This document shows positions 19,503 through 28,527 of a stretch of DNA of 64,000 nucleotides, one piece after another; positions within the stretch are counted from its first letter, which is position 1; each line of letters begins with the position of its first letter. The notes under the pieces were generated by a model that saw only the letters and a list, made by a program, of their open reading frames with translations, did not search any database and was not told the origin of the DNA. This stretch comes from an uncultured bacterium (GTDB taxonomy: Bacteria > Chloroflexota > UBA5177 > JANWHV01). The translations under genes were made by a program, and so were the position numbers. The stretch lies in assembly GCA_963729625.1 (NCBI GenBank), contig CAVSOU010000011.1, positions 576,001-640,000 of the forward strand. Reading direction: 5' to 3'.

Positions 19503-20033
19503 TCATGCCTCTACCAGTCCGCGCAGGTACGCAATGCACTGCGCCACACAGTCGGCGAAAGGTGCCTCGGTGTCGACGACCAGCCGCTCCTCCTGCAGTG
19601 GTTCAAGGTTTGCCTTGAGCCGCAAATACAACTCGAAATTCCGATTTCCGGCCGGGTGCCGCGCATCGCTTTCGTCCTGATCCAGCCGTAGTCTCGCGGA
19701 CTGCTCAGAGCAGACACACTCTATGAAACGCAGCGGTAGCGCATGTTTCGTAGCGAACGACACGACGTCCTGGCGCTGATAGCGCCAGATAAACGGCCGG
19801 CCGTCGAGAATGATGCGCTTCTCTGGATCCTTGGCAGACAAGTAGCCTGCTACCTGGAGCATGATCGACAGGCAGAAATCGTCCTGGGGCGTCGAATACT
19901 CGATCTCGCCCGGTGGGAACAAAGCAGCACGGATCGCGTCTTTGTCAAGCAGGACGGCCGGCAGTTGTTTGGCCAGCTCGCGCCCCAGCGCGCTCTTCCC
20001 GGCTCCCGGCAGTCCTGCCATCGCAATGAGCAT
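19503..20033 (-). CDS. P-loop small-molecule kinase (AAA_33, gluconate-kinase-like)
   Basis: Walker A AGLPGAGKS, LLDKDAIRAALF, IILDG, lid region RLRL. Confidence 0.78.
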   Translation of the reverse strand: MLIAMAGLPGAGKSALGRELAKQLPAVLLDKDAIRAALFPPGEIEYSTPQDDFCLSIMLQVAGYLSAKDPEKRIILDGRPFIWRYQRQDVVSFATKHALPLRFIECVCSEQSARLRLDQDESDARHPAGNRNFELYLRLKANLEPLQEERLVVDTEAPFADCVAQCIAYLRGLVEA

Positions 20034-20110
20034 GTCCGTCTTCTCCCGCTATCGGGTTGGCTTGGCGCTGATTCCGCCTACCGGACCGTCAGCTCGCCTG
20101 TCTCGCCGGT

Positions 20111-21079
20111 TCACTTGCGTATCTCCCGCCCTGCCGGGTTGCGCGCGTCAAGAAAGGCCTCGACGTCCGAACGGCCCGGTATCCCCGCCTGGCCGCCGGG
20201 GCGCGTAGCCTTCAGCGCGGCGGCAGCCGAGGCGAAGTGAATTCGGTCGCCCACGGGCGCGCCGCGGGCCAACGCCGAAGCATAGGCGCCGTGAAAGACA
20301 TCGCCGCACCCGGTCGTGTCCACGGCGCTCACGGGGTATGCCGGCACATGTTCAACATGAGGATACAGGGCACGCGACGTATACCAGCAGCCGTCGACGC
20401 CGCAGGTTACGACGACCACGTCGCACGCGTCGGCCCACAGAGCGGAAACCGCGCGGCTGGGGTCGGATTCGCCTGTGAGCTTCTCGGCATAGTCACGTGA
20501 CACAATGAGATGGTTCACCAGCGCTTGCAGAGCCGGCAATCCGGAGGCGACCACGTCGCCCTCGAAATCGGCGACCACGGGGATACCCGCGTCTCGCGCG
20601 ATCGTTGCCGCGCCGACCATCCCTTCCAGGCCATACGGATCGACGAAGAGCACCCGCGACGAACGGACAGCCTCAGCCACATGGGTCGCGTCTGGAGCGC
20701 CGAGGGCGCCGGCCGGATCAAAGAACAGGGTGCGCGTCGCGCGCCCGATCTCCACGATGACGGTCGAGTGGATTGGCCGCGCGTCTGTCAAGCGCACCAA
20801 GCGCGTGAGATCGATGCCTTCCGCGGCCAGCCTCGCGACGACGAACGACGACAGATCGTCATAGCCCAGGATGCCCGCATACATGCAGCGAGAGCCGAGT
20901 CGGGCAGCGGCCACCAACGCGGTTGCCGTCAGCCCGCCACAGTGCCGCTCCTGACGTTGCACCCGTATCTTCGAATCGACAGGCGGATATGCCTCGACGT
21001 AGAGCAGGTCGTCGACCGCAGCGGAGCCCAGACCAAGCACATCGATCATGCCATCGGGCGAAAGAGAGATGTCAGTCAT
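20111..21079 (-). CDS. PfkB/ribokinase-family carbohydrate kinase
   Basis: GGLTATALVAAARLG, VVVTCGVDG, VDTTGCGDVFHGAY anion-hole motif. Confidence 0.92.
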   Translation of the reverse strand: MTDISLSPDGMIDVLGLGSAAVDDLLYVEAYPPVDSKIRVQRQERHCGGLTATALVAAARLGSRCMYAGILGYDDLSSFVVARLAAEGIDLTRLVRLTDARPIHSTVIVEIGRATRTLFFDPAGALGAPDATHVAEAVRSSRVLFVDPYGLEGMVGAATIARDAGIPVVADFEGDVVASGLPALQALVNHLIVSRDYAEKLTGESDPSRAVSALWADACDVVVVTCGVDGCWYTSRALYPHVEHVPAYPVSAVDTTGCGDVFHGAYASALARGAPVGDRIHFASAAAALKATRPGGQAGIPGRSDVEAFLDARNPAGREIRK

Positions 21080-21109
21080 GATGTGTGTCCCACGACGTAC
21101 TGAGTTCTG

Positions 21110-22537
21110 TCATCCCAATTTCCCCGGATAGCGCTGGTTGAGGGCAATGACCAACGCAGCCAGGCCCCGGCGGCGTGCCGTCTCCGCGAAGCGCGTCACA
21201 TAGCTTTCCAGCGGTGCCACCGAGACTTCGCCTGTGCGATGCAGGTCGATGGCCTGCAGCATCGCCTCGGCGCCAAGCTGCGAATCGGGATGGCCCTCGG
21301 CATTCCTGATCGAGTTAATGGCCGATCCGGCCAGGAAGAGAACGCTCTCGGCCAGACCGTGCTCTTCGGCGTCAGCCAGGTTCGGTCCGATATTGCCCTG
21401 GTCGAGAGCGCCTGCACGGGCCACCATGGTCGGCCGAATCCCGGGCACCGCGTGCGTAAGCGCATGCTCGGAGGCCCGCCATTCGGCGCCATAGGGGCGG
21501 ATGTACGGCGCACCCGGGCGCACCGGCGCCGTCTGGCGGAGATCGATGCCGTCCAGACGCGCCAGGTAATCTATTATCTCGCGCCACATGCCGCGGGTCT
21601 TGACGCAGATACCGGCGTTGTGCCCGTAGATGACCGGCGGGTGCTCCATGTGCCGCGTGGCGTCACGGACCATGCGCACGGTTCCACCCGCGAAGGATTC
21701 GCTGAACATCACGCCGGTGGCCCCCGCGGCGCATACCGCGTGTACCGTCTCCAGAATCTCGTGGGGCGCGCCGGTGATATGAGGCGCGAAGATCAGCCCG
21801 TGACCACCCCTGGCGTCCCGTGTTCGCTCGATGGCCGCGACGGCACGTCGCGTCCGTTCCGCCACCGGGGAGTATGGAAGATCGGGATAAAGGTTCTCAT
21901 CTTCCTTGACGAAGATGAAGAGCGGACAGGCGGCAACATCGTCCATCAGGGCCCCGACGTCCTCGGCCGTAATCCCCGCGGTCGGCTTGAGGATGGTGCC
22001 AAAGGCCGGCTGTTCGGGCGCTATACCGGTCAGTTTGCGGATGCCCCCTGGACCGTATGCCGGGCCGGGGAAGCTGGAGAGGACCTGCTGCGGGATCTGC
22101 AACCCGACCAGGCGAGCGTCCATGTGCTCGTAGAAATCGAAAATGACGGCGTTGCAGACCGTGTGCAGCACGTCAACAGAGGTGAGATGACCATCGGGGT
22201 GCAGCAGCATCTTGAGCGGAAACGCCATGTGCACGACGCCAATGCGCCCGCTGGGGTCGAATGCATCGATGCCGACCCCGCGCCCGGTGCACTGCTCCAA
22301 CAGCGAGCCCGGTGGCACATGCCGCGTGCCGCTGGTCGCGTGGTAGCTGATCTCCGGAACGGCCTCGGCGAGCGTTATCGACCGCAAAGCGAAGAAATAG
22401 GTCGCTACGATCGCATCGTCCAGCTTGGGCGCGGGCTGAGCGTCCAGGCTCGCCTGCACAACCTGCCGAAGCTGGGACTCGGAAGCGTCGAAATCGTGTG
22501 ACAGTGCCTCGATCGTCTGTGTGTTCAGCGATGTCAC
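21110..22537 (-). CDS. RuBisCO-like protein (form IV RLP)
   Basis: FPGPAYGPGGIRKL, GTILKPTAG, FVKEDENL (KDDE-like), GHNAG, LARLDGID. No small subunit gene, and several RuBisCO catalytic residues are substituted. Confidence 0.9.
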   Translation of the reverse strand: MTSLNTQTIEALSHDFDASESQLRQVVQASLDAQPAPKLDDAIVATYFFALRSITLAEAVPEISYHATSGTRHVPPGSLLEQCTGRGVGIDAFDPSGRIGVVHMAFPLKMLLHPDGHLTSVDVLHTVCNAVIFDFYEHMDARLVGLQIPQQVLSSFPGPAYGPGGIRKLTGIAPEQPAFGTILKPTAGITAEDVGALMDDVAACPLFIFVKEDENLYPDLPYSPVAERTRRAVAAIERTRDARGGHGLIFAPHITGAPHEILETVHAVCAAGATGVMFSESFAGGTVRMVRDATRHMEHPPVIYGHNAGICVKTRGMWREIIDYLARLDGIDLRQTAPVRPGAPYIRPYGAEWRASEHALTHAVPGIRPTMVARAGALDQGNIGPNLADAEEHGLAESVLFLAGSAINSIRNAEGHPDSQLGAEAMLQAIDLHRTGEVSVAPLESYVTRFAETARRRGLAALVIALNQRYPGKLG

Positions 22538-22609
22538 TCTGTCCCTCTTTTCTCTGTCAACAATGTGCTGGCTGCCTCACACACCGGGCATCCTTGTTCC
22601 CGAGACACG

Positions 22610-22640
22610 ATTCATGAAACGGAAGCTTGTATTCATGAAA
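22610..22640. promoter_or_regulatory. Tandem palindromic operator upstream of the RLP gene
   Basis: ATTCATGAAA occurs twice; palindromic cores TTCATGAA at 22611-22618 and 22632-22639 are 21 bp apart in an AT-richer intergenic stretch. Confidence 0.6.
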
Positions 22641-22696
22641 ATACCGGCATAACCACCTATTGCCCCGCCAACGAGAATGTCGGCTCCGCGGGCATG

Positions 22697-23329
22697 TCAT
22701 GCGGCGAGCACCTGGCGTGCCACCCGCACCGCACTGGAAGCATCCGTCGCGTAGCCGTCCGCCCCAATCTCATCCGCGTAGGCCTTGGTGATCGGCGCCC
22801 CACCTACCAGAATCCGCACCTGCCCCCGCAGCCCCGCCGCCTCAATCGCCGCGATGATCACCTTCATGTTCGTCATCGTGGTCGTCAGCAACGCCGACAT
22901 CGCCACCACGTTGGCCCCGTCGTGGATGGCTTGCACGAACTTCTCCGGCGCCACGTCCACCCCCAGGTCCATAATCTCAAAGCCCGAGCCTTCCAGCATC
23001 ATGGCGACCAGGTTCTTGCCAATGTCGTGCAAGTCCCCCTGCACCGTGCCGATGGCCACTTTGCCGCTCGATGCCACCCCTTCCTCCACCAGGTGCGGCT
23101 TGAGCACCGCCAACGCCCCGCTCATGGCCCGTGCGGCCACCAGCATCTCGGGCACGAAGACTTCTCCCTCTTCGTACAACTGGCCGACCTTGGCCATGGC
23201 CGCGATCAGCCCCTCGCGCAGCAGCGTGCCTGCATCGATGCCCTCGGCCAGTCCCTGCGTGACCTTGGCCACGGCGACCTTCGCCTGTCCCTCGACGACC
23301 GCCTCACGTAGCTCCTCGAGTACTGCCAT
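22697..23329 (-). CDS. Methyltransferase corrinoid protein (MtbC/MttC-like, B12-binding)
   Basis: Cap domain (GLIAAMAKVGQLYEEGEVFVPEML) plus GTVQGDLHDIGKNLV (DxHxxG), SALLTTT, VGGAP. Confidence 0.95.
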   Translation of the reverse strand: MAVLEELREAVVEGQAKVAVAKVTQGLAEGIDAGTLLREGLIAAMAKVGQLYEEGEVFVPEMLVAARAMSGALAVLKPHLVEEGVASSGKVAIGTVQGDLHDIGKNLVAMMLEGSGFEIMDLGVDVAPEKFVQAIHDGANVVAMSALLTTTMTNMKVIIAAIEAAGLRGQVRILVGGAPITKAYADEIGADGYATDASSAVRVARQVLAA

Positions 23330-23521
23330 GATGTTTCAACTCCACCTTCTACGCTTCATAATCCCGATCCGATAGGAACGGCCACAAGCAGCCGCGACCA
23401 TCTCACGATCGCCAAATGCCTGAGGACCGTTCCTGGTTCGAAGTATATTGTAGTCACCGCCGCCTCACTTCCTCCAGTTTCTCCACCTGCTGTCGTGACG
23501 AGGAATCCGCGCACATGCTGG

Positions 23522-24301
23522 TCACGTTCCGTCCGCCAGCACCAGCACGCACTGGCGACGCGGATGCGTCGTCACATAGATCGGAGTTCGGTAGATCTCC
23601 GAGAGCAGGGGCGCGGTGAGTGTCTCGGCGGGCGATCCCACCGCCGCCAGACGGCCGTGGTGCATGAGGGCAATGTCGTCCGCATAGGCCGAAGCAAGGT
23701 TGAGGTCATGCAGGATCACCAGGATCGCTTTGCCGTGCTCGGCCAGCTTGCGGCTCAAACGCATCACCAGTTCCTGGTGCCCGATGTCCAGGCTTGCCGT
23801 GGGCTCGTCGAGCAGCAACACGCCAGTCTCCTGAGCCAGGGCGCGGGCCAGCAACGTACGCGAGGCCTCGCCGCCGGAGAGCGTCGGATAGGCGCGCGCT
23901 CGGAACGGCTCCATTTCCGTGCTTGCCAGTGCCTGCCGGACGATCCGCCGATCTTCAACGGGCGAGATATCGCGGCGGGCAGCATGGGGATAGCGCCCCA
24001 TGCCCACCACATGCTCTACCTGGAAGGCGAAATAGATCAGCGCGTGCTGGGTCATTACAGCCCGCAGGCGCGCCAAATGGAGCGCGGAGTACGACCGTAG
24101 CGGACGACCCTCGAGCAGAATCTTTCCCGCGGTCGGCTGCAAATCGCCGGCCAGCAGGCGGAGCAGTGTCGATTTGCCGGCGCCGTTCGGCCCTACAAGC
24201 GCCAGGACACGGCCGGGCGTGAGCGAGAGGCTCACGTCACTGACCAGCGGGCTCGGCCCCGCGTGATAGGTGACGTGGTCGGCAGCCAATGCTGGCATCA
24301 T
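23522..24301 (-). CDS. hmuV: Heme/cobalamin-type ABC transporter ATP-binding subunit
   Basis: GPNGAGKST, YPTLSGGE, LLLDEPTASLD, ILHDLNLASAYAD. Confidence 0.8.
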   Translation of the reverse strand: MMPALAADHVTYHAGPSPLVSDVSLSLTPGRVLALVGPNGAGKSTLLRLLAGDLQPTAGKILLEGRPLRSYSALHLARLRAVMTQHALIYFAFQVEHVVGMGRYPHAARRDISPVEDRRIVRQALASTEMEPFRARAYPTLSGGEASRTLLARALAQETGVLLLDEPTASLDIGHQELVMRLSRKLAEHGKAILVILHDLNLASAYADDIALMHHGRLAAVGSPAETLTAPLLSEIYRTPIYVTTHPRRQCVLVLADGT

Positions 24302-25398
24302 ATCCGGCGACCGCTGAGTGTGCTCTTGTGACGGACGAGCCAGAGGAAATAGGGACAGCCGGCCAGTGCGGTCAGCGATCCAACCGGTATCTCCGCGGGC
24401 GAGGCAATGGTGCGTGCCAGCACATCGGCGAGCACCACCAGCAGCGCCCCGACCAATGCGCTCGCTGGTAGAACTACGGCATGGTCGGGCCCCAGCAGCA
24501 TGCGCATGAGGTGCGGGACAAGCAATCCGACGAACCCCACGATACCGACAACGGCCACTGCGGTCGCCGTGAGCAGCGAGGTGGCAGCAAGGAGGATGAG
24601 CCGTGACCGCGCCACGTGGACGCCGAGGTAGTACGCGTCACGATCGCCGAGAGAAAGGAGATCCAGTGCCCGTGTCCAGCGCGACAAGAAGAGTATGCCA
24701 ATCAAGGCAAGTGGCGCCGCGACAGCCACGTCATTCCAGACTGCCCCGCTCAGACTGCCGAGCTCCCAGAACGATACGCTGTTGAGCGCGGCGTTGTTTG
24801 TAGCGGCGATGAGCAGCCCAACCGCCCCGGCGACGATTGCGTTGACCGCAATGCCGGCAAGCACCATGGTCAGCATGTCGGCCTGGCCATCGTGGACCGC
24901 CAGCATGTAGACGATGCCGGTTGCCGCCAGACTGCCGCAGGCAGCCGCCGGCAACATAGCCACCAGGCCAAGGCTTGATCCGCCGATCCACAGCATCAGC
25001 ACAGTGCCCAGAGAGGCGCCGGCCGAGCTGCCAAGCACCGCGGGATCTGCCAGGGGATTGCGCAGGAGACCCTGCAGCGTCGCCCCGGATAGGCCCAGAC
25101 AACAGCCGACTAACGCGCCGAGCAGCACCCGCGGCAGGCGAAGGGACCACAGCACGCCGTCCTGAATGCCATCGGGTGAGGCGATGCCCGGCCACCCCGC
25201 GTGGCGCAGAAGAATGCCGGCAACCTGAGGCACGCTGATCGCCACATCTCCTATGCAGAGGCTCAGGAGCATTGCGAACAGCAGGGCGGCAACCAGCGCA
25301 ATGAATGTGAGCCAACGCCTTGACGTCGAGACCGCGCTGTGCGGTGGGTCCAGGCGTTGGCTCATCTCTCCCGCGTCGTCGCCGGCCAATGCGGGCAC
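24298..25398 (-). CDS. hmuU: FecCD/BtuC-family ABC permease
   Basis: LRLPRVLL, LRNPLADP, LGDRDAYYLGV, GFVGLLVPH, EIPVGSLTALAG. Confidence 0.8.
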   Translation of the reverse strand: MPALAGDDAGEMSQRLDPPHSAVSTSRRWLTFIALVAALLFAMLLSLCIGDVAISVPQVAGILLRHAGWPGIASPDGIQDGVLWSLRLPRVLLGALVGCCLGLSGATLQGLLRNPLADPAVLGSSAGASLGTVLMLWIGGSSLGLVAMLPAAACGSLAATGIVYMLAVHDGQADMLTMVLAGIAVNAIVAGAVGLLIAATNNAALNSVSFWELGSLSGAVWNDVAVAAPLALIGILFLSRWTRALDLLSLGDRDAYYLGVHVARSRLILLAATSLLTATAVAVVGIVGFVGLLVPHLMRMLLGPDHAVVLPASALVGALLVVLADVLARTIASPAEIPVGSLTALAGCPYFLWLVRHKSTLSGRRI

Positions 25399-26402
25399 TA
25401 CTTCAACTCGGGATGCAGTCCATGGACCAGCTGGGCGAGAGCCTGGCCGGTTCGCGGGCCCATGTTGCCCAGGAAGTCATCCTCATAAATGAGCACGCGA
25501 TGTGCGCGACCGGCCGGAGTCAGAGAGACCCCCGGCAATTTGAGCAGCCCCGCCATGCCGCCGACAGAAGCGGCACCGGACTTGAAGACCAGCAGGATGT
25601 CGGGACGGGCCTTCACGAGCGCTTCGGGGGTGAGAGGGACGTAGCCGAAGATGCCGGATGCGCCGGCGGAATCCACGCCGCCGGCGGCGGTAATCAGCGT
25701 GCTAAAGCTGCTGCCCTTTCCCGCGATCAGGTACGTGTTGGCCTGCGCTTGCACGAGCATGAACACGACGCGCGGCCTGCTCGTGGCCCGTTTGGCGAGG
25801 GCTTCCGCGGCGGCGATCTGGGCGCCGACCACTTTGTCCAATCGCTGTCCCGCCGCGACAACGCCGAGTGCCGCTGCCACCTCGGCTATGCGCCCTTGCA
25901 CTGCCTGTATCAGGTTGCCGGTGATCGTCGTATCGCCTGACTTGATGATCACGACTCGCACGCCGGAGCTGCGCAACTGGGAGATCACGGACGGTGGTCC
26001 GGCGTCGGGAGTGCCGATGATTATGGAGGGCTTGAGCGCAAGAATAGGCTCTGCCGTGAGCTGGCGCTGATAGCCGATGTTGTGGAGCCGCGCCGCCGCG
26101 GCCGGGTAGGTCGCGCTGAGATCGGTACCCACCACGTCGTTGCCCAGGCCAAGTGCCCAGATGATTTCCGCCACATCCCCATTCAGAGCTACGATGCGCA
26201 TTGGGCTCGGCGCCACCGCGACAGCATCACTGTGGGACGCGTGGGCCGCGGGCGCGGGGTTATATATGGGGGCGGCAGCGCCAAGAGCCAGCAGCACCAG
26301 GAGCGTGCCGATAGCACTTGCCCGTCCGACGCCGCCCAACTTCGAGAAGCGCCGCGGCGTCTTTGCGATAGGGGACGGCACGCCAGAAATGGAGTAGTGC
26401 AT
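25398..26402 (-). CDS. hmuT: Heme-type class III substrate-binding protein
   Basis: RIVALNGDVAEIIWALG, IGYQRQLTAEPILALKP (Tyr at the heme-ligand position of HmuT/PhuT/ShuT), MGPRTG; ATG after GGAGG. Confidence 0.75.
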   Translation of the reverse strand: MHYSISGVPSPIAKTPRRFSKLGGVGRASAIGTLLVLLALGAAAPIYNPAPAAHASHSDAVAVAPSPMRIVALNGDVAEIIWALGLGNDVVGTDLSATYPAAAARLHNIGYQRQLTAEPILALKPSIIIGTPDAGPPSVISQLRSSGVRVVIIKSGDTTITGNLIQAVQGRIAEVAAALGVVAAGQRLDKVVGAQIAAAEALAKRATSRPRVVFMLVQAQANTYLIAGKGSSFSTLITAAGGVDSAGASGIFGYVPLTPEALVKARPDILLVFKSGAASVGGMAGLLKLPGVSLTPAGRAHRVLIYEDDFLGNMGPRTGQALAQLVHGLHPELK

Positions 26403-26450
26403 GTGTTCCTCCTTTGCCATTCACGAGCCCTCACTCAGCTTCGACAACTC

Positions 26451-26477
26451 GAAATGCGAAGCCTGATTCCTCATTTC
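26451..26477. promoter_or_regulatory. Imperfect inverted repeat, candidate metal-regulator operator
   Basis: GAAATGCGAA-GCCTGA-TTCCTCATTTC just downstream of a minus-strand TTGACA, upstream of the ABC operon. Confidence 0.35.
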
Positions 26478-26704
26478 ACATGGCGCCTGTCAACTCGAGG
26501 GCTACACGTATCGTATCCTGTCAGGGGGTCTGCGTGACGCGTCCGCCCGTGGAGACATTGTCCCGATGACTGAAGTGCTACTCCAGAGCAGACAGTCCCC
26601 GCCCGTGAGAAAATGAGCACGTCCGCACTCGTTGTCGGTCCGAACTCACGATGGACCGGTGACGAACGGTTGAGGCGCGAATCTGTTTTTCGTGGAGCGT
26701 AGAG

Positions 26705-27709
26705 TTGGGCTTCTGGCTTGTCGGCTTCTTCATCAGCTTGGCCGGCGTGCTCGTCGCCAGCGACCGGTTAGTCGCCGCTGTCGAAGCGGCTGGAGATCGA
26801 TATCGCTGGTCGACTGGCTTGGTTGGGCTGCTGGCGGCCGCCGGCGCCGATGGCCCTGAGGTCAGCGCAGCCATAATCGCACTGGCCGCCGGCGCCCACG
26901 AGGTCAGCCTGGGAGTGATTCTCGGCTCCAATCTGTTCAATCTCGCCGCGGTCCTTGCATTGCCCGTTCTGATAGTAGGCTTCGTCAAAGTGCGGCATTC
27001 CAGCCTTCAGGCAGATGGCAGTGCGCTGCTGATCGTAACTTGTCTGGTTGAAGCAATGCTTCTCCGGTTCGTTTCGGCCGTCGCCGGCCTCCTGGCCGTG
27101 GCCGCGGTGGTCGCGGCGTACCTGTACATCATTTCCCGCAAGGAGAAAGATGTGCCAACCGGCGCGTTAACCTGCAGTGATGACGCTGTGAGTCCACGTG
27201 GAGATGTGACCTGGGAGGAACGAGAACGAGAACGAGAGGAAGATATCAGGCAGGGACTCCCCGCCGGAATAGTCCTGCTGATGCGAGGACTGGCGGCGAC
27301 CGCCGTGATCATCGGCGGTTGCGACGTGCTTGTCAACGCCACGCTCTATCTGGGACCACATCTGAGCCTGCCCTCGACGTTCACCGGAACCTTTGTCCTG
27401 GCTGCTTTGACTAGTCTGCCGAACGTCTGGGTGGCGATGAGTCTGGCGCGCAGGCATCGCGGCGCGGTCCTGATGAGCGCTGTCTGCAACAGCAACCTGA
27501 TCAACCTGGTGTTTGGCGTGTGCGTGCCGATGCAGTTCAGCGCTCAGCGGCTGATTGGCGTGCAACGGACAGTTGATCTGCCGTGGCTGGCAATTCTCAC
27601 ATCGCTGGCGATCGCATTGGTTTGGACCCGTGAGGGAATGGGACGGCTAGGCGCCGGTGTCATTGTCGCGCTCTACACAGTATTTGCGATCGTGCGCCTT
27701 ACGTCCTGA
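26705..27709 (+). CDS. Na+/Ca2+ exchanger family (CaCA, YrbG-like) antiporter
   Basis: Alpha repeats GADGPE...LGSNLFN and LTSLPN...NSNLIN; about 10 TM helices. Confidence 0.85.
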   Translation: MGFWLVGFFISLAGVLVASDRLVAAVEAAGDRYRWSTGLVGLLAAAGADGPEVSAAIIALAAGAHEVSLGVILGSNLFNLAAVLALPVLIVGFVKVRHSSLQADGSALLIVTCLVEAMLLRFVSAVAGLLAVAAVVAAYLYIISRKEKDVPTGALTCSDDAVSPRGDVTWEEREREREEDIRQGLPAGIVLLMRGLAATAVIIGGCDVLVNATLYLGPHLSLPSTFTGTFVLAALTSLPNVWVAMSLARRHRGAVLMSAVCNSNLINLVFGVCVPMQFSAQRLIGVQRTVDLPWLAILTSLAIALVWTREGMGRLGAGVIVALYTVFAIVRLTS

Positions 27710-27844
27710 CTGCGTGGCCCATCAGCTGCATGCGGCAGACCCGCGTGGCTATGCGATAACCGGCGAATGGGCTCGCTACCAGGTTCCATCGACCCGGCGC
27801 CTCGCTGATGGGTTCCCTGCGCTGCGGCGAGCCATCGGCGCTGC

Positions 27845-28321
27845 TCACACTTGCCTGGGAACCTTGCCCGTCAGCGTGCACACGAACCGGAAGGCTTTGT
27901 GAAAAGAGTCCGCGGCGGGATCAAACATCAAGGGACAGCCTCCGTCGATTACCGTTATGCCCTGGCTGCGGCCGTACTCGGTCGCTGCCGCGGAGAAGCT
28001 GCCGGCTCCGAAAGCGCGATGCATCCATACGTGCTTGATGCCCAGCGCGGCGCACTCGCGCATCGTGCTTTCCGCCGTGGCGGGCCTGGTTCCGATCACG
28101 ACCGCATCCACTCCGCCGGGGATCGCGCTGAGGTCTCGATAGCAGTCGTCACCTTCGACTTTATCCGCGTTCGGATTGACGGCAAAGACCGTGTAGCCAC
28201 GCGCTCGGAGGCGCTGATACACTGCGTTACTGCCGTGGCCTTTCGGGTTCCTGGATACCCCGGTCACCGCGATACGCTTCTTCGCCAGGAATTCCGCCGC
28301 GGCCATCTTTACGCTCGCCAT
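27845..28321 (-). CDS. CoA-binding protein (YccU-like)
   Basis: KRIAVTGVSRNP, VFAVNP, DAVVIGT, VWMH, DGGCPLM. Confidence 0.88.
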   Translation of the reverse strand: MASVKMAAAEFLAKKRIAVTGVSRNPKGHGSNAVYQRLRARGYTVFAVNPNADKVEGDDCYRDLSAIPGGVDAVVIGTRPATAESTMRECAALGIKHVWMHRAFGAGSFSAAATEYGRSQGITVIDGGCPLMFDPAADSFHKAFRFVCTLTGKVPRQV

Positions 28322-28361
28322 AGCTTACTCCTCGCTGCATTTGCCGGCACCACGACCAATT

Positions 28362-28393
28362 ATAGATGACGACGTGAATAGATGACGACGTGA
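28362..28393. repeat. Exact 16-bp tandem duplication
   Basis: ATAGATGACGACGTGA x2 in the divergent promoter region. Confidence 0.9.
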
Positions 28394-28527
28394 AACGCCA
28401 TGAACCCATATCGTCGCTGGGATTCCGCGGCGCGTTCCAGGCACCGCAACAGGGGATTGCGTCGCATCGCTCCATTGCACCAGAATGGGTCATTGAGGCG
28501 CCGCTAAATCTCGGAGAACCATGCATC

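Noticed and set aside
21239-22501. 420-aa plus-strand ORF and similar antisense ORFs across the window
   Set aside because: Shadows of high-GC coding genes on the opposite strand, with no motifs or RBS.
21110-22537. Carbon-fixing RuBisCO / Calvin cycle
   Set aside because: Several catalytic residues appear substituted; no small subunit or phosphoribulokinase; sugar-catabolic context.
23330-23521. Cobalamin or SAM riboswitch upstream of the corrinoid gene
   Set aside because: No B12-box or S-box core motifs recognised; the same holds for 26403-26700.
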